From: an uncultured bacterium
GTDB taxonomy: Bacteria; Patescibacteriota; Minisyncoccia; Phycocordibacterales; CAIZLB01
Assembly: GCA_903936565.1 (NCBI GenBank)
Contig: CAIZVZ010000001.1
Location: 95,905-159,904 of the forward strand
Length of the DNA: 64,000 nt
Reading direction: 5' to 3'
Position numbers and translations under genes: made by a program. Position 1 is the stretch's first letter. Each line of letters opens with the position of its first letter. Of the stretch, positions 28,546 through 38,266 are shown piece after piece. The notes below the pieces were generated by a model, which had not been told where the DNA came from, did no database searches, and saw nothing but the letters and a program-made list of their open reading frames with translations.

Positions 28546-29115
28546 TTAAAGCGTAAATCCAAATAAGTCCTTCTCGAAGCTTTTAAAATCAGTAAATAAT
28601 ATTGATTTAATACCCAGAATACTTGCAGACTCAATATTTTCTAATGTGTCATCGACAAAAATAACCTCCATAGCATCAACCCCTAACAACTCTACTGTTT
28701 TATCAAATATAGCTGCGTCAGGCTTTCTTGTCCCAAGTTTGCTAGAAATAACCACCTCATCAAACAATACATCCAAATTAGATTCCTTCAAAAAGTCCTC
28801 TACAAAATCAGTCGGAGCATTACTACACAATGCAATCTTAATCTTTGGCTTTATGGTTTTAATGAAATCTACCAATTCATTATTTATAATCAAAAAACTC
28901 TTGAGTTCAACTTCAACTTGCAATACTGATTTATTAACCAAGCCCGCAAGATAACTATGTAGTTCAGAAGCAGAAATCTCTCCTGTATCAGTTTTTTTAA
29001 AATAGTTCTCTTTTAAATCTGGAATTAGATGACCCAGATTGTTCTTATTTATCCAATCAATATACATATCAGATACCACCACCCCAAAAAAATCAAAAAT
29101 TATTGCTTTATACAT
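28546..29115 (-). CDS. HAD-superfamily hydrolase (subfamily IA-like)
   Basis: HAD motif I is present as IIFDFFGVV, so the second Asp is replaced by Phe. Motif IV is FVDDTLENI. Size is 189 aa. Confidence 0.65.
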   Translation of the reverse strand: MYKAIIFDFFGVVVSDMYIDWINKNNLGHLIPDLKENYFKKTDTGEISASELHSYLAGLVNKSVLQVEVELKSFLIINNELVDFIKTIKPKIKIALCSNAPTDFVEDFLKESNLDVLFDEVVISSKLGTRKPDAAIFDKTVELLGVDAMEVIFVDDTLENIESASILGIKSILFTDFKSFEKDLFGFTL

Positions 29116-29147
29116 CTTTAAATTATTAAGATTTTACACGCCCTAAA

Positions 29148-30179
29148 TTACCTCTTCGCAATTATACTCTTCTTGTAAGTATTCAAGTGCTCAAGTGCAA
29201 TTCCTGTTCCCTTTGCAACACAGTATAGAGGATCATCTGCAAGCTTCGCCTTAACTCCTGTTCTTCTATAAACAAGCTCTGGCAAATTACGCAATTGTGA
29301 GGATCCTCCTGTCATTATAATTCCGTTATCAATAATGTCAGATGCAAGCTCTGGTGGCGTCTCTTGCAAAACATCCTTAATTGCTTTAATCATCTCACGT
29401 AATTCTTTTGCAACAGCTTTCACAACTTCATTTGTTTTAATCTCAACTGAACGAGGAAGACCTGTTAGAAAATCACGTCCCTTGATTGTCATAGAAAGTT
29501 CATCATCCATTGTTACAGCAGATCCAACATTTATCTTCATCTCCTCCGCTGTCTTATCACCAATCGCAAGGTTATAAGTTTTCTTGATGTAATCCGCAAT
29601 CGCTTGATCAATTCTATTTCCCGCACACTTTACAGAGTTACAAGTTACAATTCCTCCCAAGGAAATAACAGCTACGTCAGTTGTTCCTCCACCAATATCA
29701 ACAATCATGTGACCATTCGGCTCTTGAATAGAAATTCCTGCACCAATTGCTGCAAGAATCGGCTCCTTCACGACATAGGCGTTTTTTGCTCCAGCTTTGA
29801 TTGCAGCTTCAACCACAGCACGGCGCTCTGTGGAGGTAACACCAGCGGGGACAGAGACCATCACATCAGGCTTCCAAATATTCCATCGTCCCAAGGCCTT
29901 ATTGATAAAATATCGAAGCATCGCCTCGGTCACTCTATAATCAGCAATAACGCCATCACGCATTGGTCTATATGCGATAATATTATCAGGCGTCTTTCCA
30001 ATCATGTCTTTTGCGTCAATTCCAACGGCCAATATTTGATTATCCTGCTCAGAAACAGCAACAACGGAAGGCTCGTTCAGTACAATTCCACGCCCAGGAA
30101 GAAAAACCAAGGTATTAGAAGTTCCAAGGTCAATCCCGAGCTTTTTAGAAAATAATGCCATGGCTATATAATAAGGCAC
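29148..30179 (-). CDS. mreB: MreB-like actin homologue, copy 2
   Basis: It has LGIDLGTSNTLVF, DIGGGTTD and GIIMTGGSS motifs. It is about 40-45% identical by eye to copy 1 at 13199-14263. Confidence 0.85.
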   Translation of the reverse strand: MPYYIAMALFSKKLGIDLGTSNTLVFLPGRGIVLNEPSVVAVSEQDNQILAVGIDAKDMIGKTPDNIIAYRPMRDGVIADYRVTEAMLRYFINKALGRWNIWKPDVMVSVPAGVTSTERRAVVEAAIKAGAKNAYVVKEPILAAIGAGISIQEPNGHMIVDIGGGTTDVAVISLGGIVTCNSVKCAGNRIDQAIADYIKKTYNLAIGDKTAEEMKINVGSAVTMDDELSMTIKGRDFLTGLPRSVEIKTNEVVKAVAKELREMIKAIKDVLQETPPELASDIIDNGIIMTGGSSQLRNLPELVYRRTGVKAKLADDPLYCVAKGTGIALEHLNTYKKSIIAKR

Positions 30180-30230
30180 GTTGTCCTTTTTTACAACTTG
30201 ACGAATGGTTTGATTGACATCGACGTGTCT

Positions 30231-30350
30231 TGGCCGAAATCAGCTGATTTCAGCACGTTTTTCACGTCTAATAAACTATGGCCAAAATCTGCTAATTTTG
30301 GCACAATTTTTACGCCTAAAAATCTGTCGAAATCTGGTGATTTCGACACG
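30231..30350. promoter_or_regulatory. Three tandem repeats with a period of about 46 bp, each with a palindromic core (GAAATCAGCTGATTTC, CAAAATCTGCTAATTTTG, CGAAATCTGGTGATTTCG), in the divergent mreB2/priA intergenic region; a candidate operator array
   Basis: Repeats and palindromes read directly. The repeat is also visible as a periodic peptide in the six-frame track. Confidence 0.5.
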
Positions 30351-30352
30351 AT

Positions 30353-32452
30353 TTGCACGCTTGCAAATCGCCTATTGAAAAAAACCCAATTTTCTGCGAT
30401 GATTTAGGTGTGTATATTCTAACCGTTCACCCAATTCAGAGATCTAGTTTCAAAGAAACCCTAACCTATTGGGCTCCTCATAATTTCTCGGCTGGTTCAA
30501 TAATCTACGTTCCATTTAGAAATAAAAATATATTAGCGCTTGTTGAAAGTTGCATGAATGCAACGGAATCAAAAGCCGATATAAAAAATGCAGATTTCAT
30601 AGCAAGAAAAATCGAATCAAAAAAAACAATCACTGCTGTCTCCCCTTCTCTTATCAAAGCATGCCAAGCTGTTTCAAAAGAATTTGCATATCCGATTGGT
30701 TCGATCATAAAGACTATTATTCCAGAATGTGCATTAACTTATGCTGAGGAGGCTATTAGCAAAAAAACAAAAAGCTCTGTTGAAAAGGAATCTGAAACAA
30801 AGAATACTACCAAAGACAATGAGAGCGACGGAGGCACTAGTTCTAGTATAAGAATCGGAGGAATAGCTATGGATGAGGATGACGACGACGGCTTCACTGG
30901 ACAGCCATCTTCTCGCGACATCTTCGTCTTTCAAACAAACACAACCGACAGATACGGTACATACAAAAGTATCATTCGCGAAGAATTCGCAAAGAGAAAA
31001 TCCGTCATCATTATCGCCCCAACAGTAAATTCAGCGGAAGAAATTTACGAGGAACTTTCTCGTGGAATCAGTGACTACGCTTACCTACTTCACGGCGGGA
31101 TAAATAAAAAGAAGCAAGTAGAGATTTGGGGAAAGGCACTAAACGAACCACACACTATCGCCCTAATCACAACACCATCTTTTGTTGGTCTTCCAAGAGA
31201 AGATATTGCAACGATTGTTGTTGAGAGAGAATCATCAAGAAGCTACATCACAATGTTTAAGCCACTTTTTGACTATAGATACCTATTCCAAAAGTGGTCA
31301 AAAGAATTGAAAGCTCGCCTAATTTATGGGGACATACTTTTGCGAGTAGAAACCTTATACAGAAGAGAGCGAGGAGAAGTCTTTGATTTCTTCCCCATTT
31401 CAATGCGAATAGAAAAGCGTCCCAACACCATTGTCGTAGACATGTCCGAGCCAATTCGAAAAGAAAAGGCGAAGAAGGAAAAAGATAAAATACATTCAAA
31501 GAATAACTTAATTTATTCTGAAGAATTAGAATCTCAAGTTGAATACGCCGGCAAGAAAAAAGAAAAAATCATAATCTTTACCGCACGTCGAGGGCTTGCT
31601 CCGCAAACTGTTTGTGGAGATTGTGGAACAACAGTTACCTGCTCCGTTTGTGAGGCGCCCGTTGTTTTGCATAATTCAAAAGTGGAAAGCAAAAGATACT
31701 TCCTGTGTCATCATTGTGGACGAGAGAGAACTGCACTTGAAGGTTGTAAAAATTGCACAAGCTGGAAATTAATAACTCTCGGCATCGGATCTGACACAAT
31801 ATATGAAGAAACAAAAAAACGTTTTCCCAACAGACCAATCTATAGACTAGACCGAGATACAGCAAGCACAGATAAGCAAGCAAGAGATATCGCCAAAAAA
31901 TTCCACGAGAGTTCTGATGGAATTTTAGTCGGAACAGAATTTTCTTTAAATTATTTAAAGCCTATAAAGCATGTGGCCATCGCATCGATGGATAGTCTAT
32001 TCTCTCTCCCCGACTTCCGAATCAATGAAAGAATTTGCCACATACTTCTTCAAGCCCAAACTCTGGCGGAAGAATATTTATTAATTCAATCAAGAAACGC
32101 CACTCACCCGCTTTTGGGATATATTCAAAGTGGAAATTTGAACGATTTCTACAAGTCAGAAATTGCAGACAGAAAGGCTCTCTCCTACCCACCATTTGCA
32201 ACTTTCATTAAAATCACAATCGAAGCCGATAAAGGAACCGCAGCGAAGGAGATGGGTAAGCTACAAGTATGGCTTGAGAAGTGGAATCCGGTAATCTTCC
32301 CCGCCTTTATTCCTTCAGTAGGAGGCCGCTCCATTTTACATATGTTAATTTCAATGTCGCCAAAGCTCTGGCCTGACGAGGAATTACGAGATATTTTAAC
32401 GAACCTTCCTCCTGAATTTACGGTTAGTGTACATCCGGAGAGTTTGTTATAA
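30353..32452 (+). CDS. priA: Primosomal protein N' (PriA) homologue with degenerate Walker A and Walker B motifs
   Basis: It has an N-terminal 3'-DNA-binding-like region and the PriA Cys4/Cys4 zinc region (CGDCG..CSVCEAP...CHHCG..CKNC). In the helicase core, QTNTTDRYGTYKS replaces GxGKT and VVERESS replaces DExH. A low-complexity acidic insertion is present. The true start may lie downstream of 30353. Confidence 0.75.
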   Translation: MHACKSPIEKNPIFCDDLGVYILTVHPIQRSSFKETLTYWAPHNFSAGSIIYVPFRNKNILALVESCMNATESKADIKNADFIARKIESKKTITAVSPSLIKACQAVSKEFAYPIGSIIKTIIPECALTYAEEAISKKTKSSVEKESETKNTTKDNESDGGTSSSIRIGGIAMDEDDDDGFTGQPSSRDIFVFQTNTTDRYGTYKSIIREEFAKRKSVIIIAPTVNSAEEIYEELSRGISDYAYLLHGGINKKKQVEIWGKALNEPHTIALITTPSFVGLPREDIATIVVERESSRSYITMFKPLFDYRYLFQKWSKELKARLIYGDILLRVETLYRRERGEVFDFFPISMRIEKRPNTIVVDMSEPIRKEKAKKEKDKIHSKNNLIYSEELESQVEYAGKKKEKIIIFTARRGLAPQTVCGDCGTTVTCSVCEAPVVLHNSKVESKRYFLCHHCGRERTALEGCKNCTSWKLITLGIGSDTIYEETKKRFPNRPIYRLDRDTASTDKQARDIAKKFHESSDGILVGTEFSLNYLKPIKHVAIASMDSLFSLPDFRINERICHILLQAQTLAEEYLLIQSRNATHPLLGYIQSGNLNDFYKSEIADRKALSYPPFATFIKITIEADKGTAAKEMGKLQVWLEKWNPVIFPAFIPSVGGRSILHMLISMSPKLWPDEELRDILTNLPPEFTVSVHPESLL

Positions 32453-32490
32453 TATAGATAAATTATAAATTAAGTACGGCTTACAAAAAC

Positions 32491-33624
32491 ATGAGCAGAA
32501 ATTTAAAAATAGCTATAGGTGCAATTATTATAATAGCTTTGATAATCATAATATCCACCAATCAAAAACCAAAAGTTACAGGGCCAATTTTAGTTGGAGT
32601 CATAGCCCCGATGTCTGGTCCTGGCGCTTCACTTGGTGAATTCGCAAAAAATACTGTCGATATGACAGTTGAAAAGATCAATAAAGAAGGTGGTGTTAAT
32701 GGACAACCAATACAATTAGTTTATGAGGATGACCAATGTGATCCTGCAAAATCAGTTAGTGCAATGCAAAAACTTATAAACGTAGATCGGGTAAAAATTG
32801 TACTCGAAACAACATGTAGCAGTGGAGTAATTTCGTCAGTTCCGATTGCTACACAAAATGGTGTTTTTGTCTTTTCGTCTTTTGCTACAAGTGGTAATTT
32901 GAAAAATGTAAGCCCACTATTCGCAAGAACAATTCCAAGTGAAGTTGGGTTAAGTGAAGCTCTTGCTAATTACACTATTTCAAAAGGTTGGAAGAATATT
33001 GCAATAATTCAGGAAAGCTCAGAATACTCAGAAGCCATGTCCTTGATATTCGAGTCCATTCTAGCAAAAAATAACGTTCAAATCACAAAAGAAAAATTCG
33101 ATACCAAAAGCACAGACCTTCGAACTCCCTTAACAAAACTAAAAGCAACAAACCCTGATGCTATATTTTTAATACCAGCAACACCTGCAGCAGGAGAGAT
33201 TATATTAAGTAATCTAAGAGCGATGAATTGGAAGGTCCAAATGATTGGTAATCCGCTATTCACAGTTGGCACAGAAGTGTTCGCAAAAAACAAAGATCTT
33301 CTTGAGGGCGTTGTTATCGCTGAGCAAAAGGCAGGACCAGATACACCAGAATATCTTGCATTTAAAAATGAGTACAAGACTAAGTTCGGTAAATCATTTC
33401 CATATGAATCATATGCTCAAGCCACAAGAGATATGCTTTACATCTTAAAAGACGGACTTAAGAAGTATGGAAATGACCCACAAAAGATTTCGGCATGGGT
33501 TCGAACAACAAAGGATTATCCAGGTTTCTCTGGATCCCTAACAATTGGCTCGGACGGAGACAGGGAGGGTGGACATGTTATAAAGATAGTTAAGGATGGC
33601 AAGGCAGAGATTCAGAATAATTAA
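32491..33624 (+). CDS. ABC-transporter substrate-binding protein, LivK-like type-I periplasmic binding fold (signal-anchored), SBP-1
   Basis: 377 aa. An N-terminal TM helix is followed by ILVGVIAPMSGPGASLGE ... GGVNGQPIQLVYEDDQCDPAK ... VDRVKIVLE, which matches the Leu/Ile/Val-binding protein family. Confidence 0.8.
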   Translation: MSRNLKIAIGAIIIIALIIIISTNQKPKVTGPILVGVIAPMSGPGASLGEFAKNTVDMTVEKINKEGGVNGQPIQLVYEDDQCDPAKSVSAMQKLINVDRVKIVLETTCSSGVISSVPIATQNGVFVFSSFATSGNLKNVSPLFARTIPSEVGLSEALANYTISKGWKNIAIIQESSEYSEAMSLIFESILAKNNVQITKEKFDTKSTDLRTPLTKLKATNPDAIFLIPATPAAGEIILSNLRAMNWKVQMIGNPLFTVGTEVFAKNKDLLEGVVIAEQKAGPDTPEYLAFKNEYKTKFGKSFPYESYAQATRDMLYILKDGLKKYGNDPQKISAWVRTTKDYPGFSGSLTIGSDGDREGGHVIKIVKDGKAEIQNN

Positions 33625-33734
33625 AATCTCGATCAATATTAATATCCGAAACAAGACATCCCAATCGATGTCTTGTTTTTTTGGATGGAAAGCGCCCTAA
33701 TTTCAAAAATTCTTGAATATGCTACAATACCCAT

Positions 33735-34337
33735 ATGCAAAAGTTTACCCACTTTAAGCCTGAAAATAAGATTGTAACAGAGGATCATCCGGCACTCCGA
33801 ATGGCCTCAATTGAAATTCCTAAAGATGAAATCAAGGGTGAATATGTTCAAAACTTGATTTCTCATATGAGTAAAATGCTAGCACAACAGATTGATGGAG
33901 TTGGTCTGGCGGCACCTCAGGTGGGTGTTCCCCTTCAACTCTTCATGGTATCAGGAAAAGTATTTTTGAATGACGATGACCGAGATGCACTGATGGAAGC
34001 CGAGAAAAATAAGAAGAAGCACAAAATAATTATTCCCCCGGATCTAGTCTGTATTAATCCACAAATAATAAAAACCTCAAAAGATAAAAAATGGATGAAC
34101 GGCGAAGGATGTCTATCGGTTCGGTGGTTCTATGGAAAAGTGCAACGTTCACTTAGAGTTACAATAAAAGCATTAGATAGAGAAGGAAATTCTTTCACAC
34201 GTGGAGCAAGCGGATTACTTTCTCACATCTTCCAACATGAAGTAGACCACCTAAATGGAATTCTTTTTATCGATAAAGCAAAAGACGTCAGAGAATATGA
34301 GCCCGAGGAAGTCTTTAGCCAAGAGGACGAAAAATAA
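33735..34337 (+). CDS. def: Peptide deformylase
   Basis: It has the motifs GVGLAAPQVG, EGCLS and HEVDHLNG. Confidence 0.85.
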   Translation: MQKFTHFKPENKIVTEDHPALRMASIEIPKDEIKGEYVQNLISHMSKMLAQQIDGVGLAAPQVGVPLQLFMVSGKVFLNDDDRDALMEAEKNKKKHKIIIPPDLVCINPQIIKTSKDKKWMNGEGCLSVRWFYGKVQRSLRVTIKALDREGNSFTRGASGLLSHIFQHEVDHLNGILFIDKAKDVREYEPEEVFSQEDEK

Positions 34338-34356
34338 AAGCTAAACCTAATAAACC

Positions 34357-35295
34357 ATGACAAACCAAGAACAAAAACCATCACACTATCCATTATATTT
34401 TTTCGGATCATCCCTGATGTCAGTTAAGGTATTGAACGCGCTTCGTAATTACGGAATCACACCTAACGTAATAATTACCGTTCCAGATAAACCACAAGGA
34501 AGAAAATTAGAATTAACTCCAAACCCAACAAAAATTTGGGCGCAAGATCATCATATCCCCTGTCTTGAATTTGCAAAGTTGAACGATGATGCATATCAGG
34601 AAATTAAAACACAGTCAAAAGAGCAACCAAAGATTTTTATCGTTGCCTCTTACGGAAAAATAATTCCTGAAAGATTCCTAGAAATCCCAGAGTTTGGAGC
34701 ACTAAATATTCACCCTTCCAAACTTCCAGAACTGCGCGGTGCTGCCCCACTTCAATTCACAATACTTAATGATCAAAACAAAACTGCAGTTACAATTATT
34801 AAAATGGATAAGGATATGGACCACGGACCAATCTTTGCACAGGACAATGTTGATATTGCGGAAATTGCAAAGTGGCCAACAGGATACTCTGAACTAGAAT
34901 TAATTACAGCCAATATCGGGGCCCGTTTAATTGCAGAAAATATTGACGACTATATTGCAGGTGATTTAAAACTTAAGGAGCAAAAGCACGAATCGGCTAC
35001 ATTCACAAAAAAAATCACAAAAGAAGACGGCCTAATTAATCCGTGGCTTTCAAAACCAGAGGAACAAAGAAAGAACATTCTAAAAATCAGAGCTTTTGAG
35101 GAATGGCCTGGAACATACTTCTTTGCTGATAAAATGATTAAGGGAGAAAATAAAAAGATTAGAGTGGTAATAAAGGAGGCGTTTTGGCATGAAAACAATG
35201 AAGCTGGACATCAATTACAAATTACTCGCGTAATTCCCGAAGGGGGAGGTATGATGATGTGGGACTCATTCTTGCAGAGTATTGGGAGGAAATAA
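34357..35295 (+). CDS. fmt: Methionyl-tRNA formyltransferase
   Basis: It has the formyltransferase core (NIHPSKLPELRGAAPLQFTILND) and an Fmt C-terminal domain. It lies directly downstream of def. Confidence 0.85.
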   Translation: MTNQEQKPSHYPLYFFGSSLMSVKVLNALRNYGITPNVIITVPDKPQGRKLELTPNPTKIWAQDHHIPCLEFAKLNDDAYQEIKTQSKEQPKIFIVASYGKIIPERFLEIPEFGALNIHPSKLPELRGAAPLQFTILNDQNKTAVTIIKMDKDMDHGPIFAQDNVDIAEIAKWPTGYSELELITANIGARLIAENIDDYIAGDLKLKEQKHESATFTKKITKEDGLINPWLSKPEEQRKNILKIRAFEEWPGTYFFADKMIKGENKKIRVVIKEAFWHENNEAGHQLQITRVIPEGGGMMMWDSFLQSIGRK

Positions 35296-36075
35296 TTATT
35301 TCTCGATAAAAAACATTCTCACCAATTGTTCAAAAGTAAATATTCCATCAACTAAATATTGATCAACAGCCTCCTCGTTAAGTCTTATATACTCCTCTTT
35401 TTGTTTATCGTCCAATAAATTAAACGTGGAATGCGATTGAACATAACCAAGTATCTCTTCCTTTGTATACGTGTCTTCAAAAGCAAATTCCTCTTTTTTA
35501 ACATTACTGAACCCCACCCTTGTAAATATTTCCTCTGTGATTGGCTCTCTGCTTGCTTTTGGAATAATTGAAATTAATTTTATAAGATTATCATAGGCAA
35601 ATTGTGGTAAATAATTTCTAGACTTGCTTATATCCATTCTCCAAAATACGCACATCTTGCCGCTTGGTTTTAGTACTCGAAAAATCTCCTTTCCAGCTAA
35701 ATCAAAATCAAACCAATGATATGCTGTGGCTACTGTAACCAAATCAAATGATTCATTTTCAAAAGGAAGCTCTTCAGCTTTAGCGGAAATAAATTTTAAA
35801 TTTTTATTGTCATCTTTAGCAAAGTCTGTCATGGCAATCTCCCTGTCTGTACCTGTAATATTCTTGTAATATGACGATAAGTGTTTAGTAACAATACCAG
35901 TACCACAACCAATATCCAAGACTATCGCTTCCACGCTTGGGCAAAAATTATAAATTAATTTATAAGACTTTTCTGGATAATCTCGTCTATATTTTGCATA
36001 GGAATCAACTAATTTTGCAAAATTGTTTCTGATATTTTTATTTAAATTATCATTCATGATTACATCATACCACAT
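35296..36075 (-). CDS. Class I SAM-dependent methyltransferase (Methyltransf_11-like)
   Basis: It has motif I VLDIGCGTGIVT and an acidic motif II FDLVTVATAYHW. Confidence 0.7.
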   Translation of the reverse strand: MWYDVIMNDNLNKNIRNNFAKLVDSYAKYRRDYPEKSYKLIYNFCPSVEAIVLDIGCGTGIVTKHLSSYYKNITGTDREIAMTDFAKDDNKNLKFISAKAEELPFENESFDLVTVATAYHWFDFDLAGKEIFRVLKPSGKMCVFWRMDISKSRNYLPQFAYDNLIKLISIIPKASREPITEEIFTRVGFSNVKKEEFAFEDTYTKEEILGYVQSHSTFNLLDDKQKEEYIRLNEEAVDQYLVDGIFTFEQLVRMFFIEK

Positions 36076-36146
36076 ATTTCAACCTGAAAGCACCGCAAAA
36101 ATAATCTCGTATTTGACGAAAAATATTTATCTTTCTGGAAATTTTA

Positions 36147-36497
36147 TTACCCCCTCTTGAAAATATTCTTAATTTTCTGTGCACCTTTTCTAAATAAAGT
36201 AATTCTTTTATCTTTTTTATTGGATAAAATATTAAATAATTCTTCTTGTATTAAATCGATAGATGAATACATATTAGCCGATGTCCTCTCCACTCTATTC
36301 ATTTTTCCATGAATTAAAATATTAACCTCTGCTCTAAATATATCACCTGTCTTATGATGATTAGTAGTTTTCTCCAGCTCAACTTCAACTTTTGTATCAT
36401 CATTGATAAATTTCTCGACAGAAGATAGCTTTTTGTAAAGATAATCTTCGACTGATTCGGTTATATTGATATTTATACCTTTTGTGATGATTTTCAT
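36147..36497 (-). CDS. hpf: Ribosome hibernation promoting factor (HPF/RaiA short form)
   Basis: 116 aa matching the sigma-54 modulation/ribosomal S30EA fold pattern (MKIITKGININITESVEDYLYKKL ... VEVELE). Confidence 0.8.
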   Translation of the reverse strand: MKIITKGININITESVEDYLYKKLSSVEKFINDDTKVEVELEKTTNHHKTGDIFRAEVNILIHGKMNRVERTSANMYSSIDLIQEELFNILSNKKDKRITLFRKGAQKIKNIFKRG

Positions 36498-36618
36498 ATT
36501 TTTGTCGATTAGCTGATAACCCCTCTATTATACCACCCAGTAGGTGATTCTCCAAAATCATCGTTTGGATGATTCTCCAAAATCAACCACACCCAATTAG
36601 TGCGCAAATTTAAGCAAT

Positions 36619-36680
36619 AAAAAAAGCCCCGCAGTCCTCAGCTCATCTCGATCCCGTAGAGGGTTGAGATGAGCTGAGAC
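36619..36680 (-). terminator. Strong minus-strand intrinsic terminator: a 13-bp perfect stem (CTCAGCTCATCTC/GAGATGAGCTGAG) with helper pairing, then U7 in the minus sense
   Basis: Read directly. It lies 15 nt downstream of the stop of the 36695-37237 gene. Confidence 0.7.
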
Positions 36681-36694
36681 GCAAGGGTACGATT

Positions 36695-37237
36695 TCAGAT
36701 TACTGACAGTGGGGCTGGTGGGGACTCAAAGGTGCGAATTCGGCAATTAGGACATCCGACCCTAAAAATCTGAAGTCTTGAACCAACGTGTTTCAAGTCA
36801 TCGATTTCACAGATTTGCCACTTTTCACCATCAAGAAGGAAACACCCACTGTCTGTGTACTTCAAGATAGAACTCCGGATTGCGGGAGTAACTCGAGGAA
36901 GGTCCGATGATGGAGTTGTCTTTCCAGACCCCCTTCTCTTAGCTGCATCGTCAAAATCTGCCATTTTGATGAGTGAGATTATCGCAGCAGACAGACATCT
37001 GGAGATCTCTTTTTCCTTTTGATATCGCCCTAGACGATCTTCAAGACGGGATCTCTGCAAACTTATTTTCAACTGAGCTAGCATGGATTCATGGTGGTTA
37101 GAATTAAGAACAAGGAACAAAAACAGCCCGCGTGGGCCAACTGACCAACCGTGGTCATATGTTTTTATAACATATACGATAATACACGTCAATACACAAC
37201 TCAGACACAAAAACAAGCTTACAATTCTCTTACCCAC
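36695..37237 (-). CDS. Hypothetical protein (180 aa), GC-rich, with a hydrophobic N-terminus
   Basis: ORF followed by the strong terminator. It contains Cys-containing motifs (CPNCRIRT). The start is uncertain. Confidence 0.35.
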   Translation of the reverse strand: MGKRIVSLFLCLSCVLTCIIVYVIKTYDHGWSVGPRGLFLFLVLNSNHHESMLAQLKISLQRSRLEDRLGRYQKEKEISRCLSAAIISLIKMADFDDAAKRRGSGKTTPSSDLPRVTPAIRSSILKYTDSGCFLLDGEKWQICEIDDLKHVGSRLQIFRVGCPNCRIRTFESPPAPLSVI

Positions 37238-37548
37238 CCACTACCCCGCCCTATAAATTCTGACTAATCTTGAATCCAATATAAATTCCCAAGAATCCAC
37301 CCATTGCTGTTAATATCACAGAAGTAAAGGAGAAAAACGTATCACCCCAAAGTAACGGAACATACCCACCAAGAGTTGCTCCAATAATCATGAATATGTA
37401 AATTAAAGTTTTTCTACTCATGCGAATATTCTACCACACTTTAATGCGCTTTTTTACAATTTTTCCTTTGCCTTTGCGTACTTCGCATATATAATATCTA
37501 AACATTATTAATTAATAAATTTTAGGCAAGCAATTGCTACAATAAAAT

Positions 37549-38193
37549 ATGACACAGATATTAGACGCAATGAATTGGAGATATGCCACAAAAGCATTTG
37601 ACACAGAAAAGAAACTTAGCGACGAACAGGTCAGCGACCTTATTGATGCGACAAGTCTTTCAGCATCATCTTACGGGCTACAACCTTGGAAAATTATTGT
37701 GGTAAAAGACGAAGGTCTAAGATTACAAATCAAGGATGCTTCATGGGGTCAAACCCAGACAACAGATGCCTCACATTTATTAATTCTTGCAATAAAAAAG
37801 GAAGTTGACGAGACTTACGTTGATAAGTTCATTAACATAGTTTCCACAACTCGCGGAGTTGATGTTATAAATCTTGAGGGGTATAGTCAAATGATGAAGG
37901 GCGCCATCAAGACAAAAACAGAGAAAGGTGGAGTTGAGGCGGTAAAGGACTGGTCAGCAAAGCAAGCGTACATTGCGCTTGGAACACTCCTTACAGCATG
38001 TGCAATAGAAAAGATAGATGCATGTCCAATGGAAGGTTTTGATAGCAAGAAGGTGGATGAAATTCTAAGCTTAGCTACGCTTGGACTTGAATCCGTATTA
38101 ATGTGTCCAATTGGATACAGATCTTCAGCTGATGAATCTGCAAACTACAAAAAAGTTAGATTTGCAAAGGAAGAAATTGTTATTGAAAAATAA
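37549..38193 (+). CDS. Nitroreductase-family NAD(P)H flavin oxidoreductase
   Basis: 214 aa. The N-terminus MTQILDAMNWRYATKAF... is typical of oxygen-insensitive nitroreductases and the protein has the conserved dimeric nitroreductase layout. Confidence 0.8.
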   Translation: MTQILDAMNWRYATKAFDTEKKLSDEQVSDLIDATSLSASSYGLQPWKIIVVKDEGLRLQIKDASWGQTQTTDASHLLILAIKKEVDETYVDKFINIVSTTRGVDVINLEGYSQMMKGAIKTKTEKGGVEAVKDWSAKQAYIALGTLLTACAIEKIDACPMEGFDSKKVDEILSLATLGLESVLMCPIGYRSSADESANYKKVRFAKEEIVIEK

Positions 38194-38218
38194 TAAAGCC
38201 ATAATATATAAATAAAGT

Positions 38219-38248
38219 GAGCCCCGGGGATTGCATCCCACGGGGCTC
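38219..38248. terminator. Bidirectional terminator hairpin GAGCCCCG-(GGGATtgcATCCC)ac-CGGGGCTC between convergent genes
   Basis: 8-bp GC stem with a nested mini-hairpin in the loop. Confidence 0.5.
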
Positions 38249-38266
38249 AATTGCTGTACCGTCATT

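Noticed and set aside
30231-30350. Tandem repeats considered as a possible CRISPR array.
   Set aside because: There are only three imperfect copies, each repeat is itself palindromic, no cas genes are nearby, and the period of about 46 bp includes no distinct spacers.
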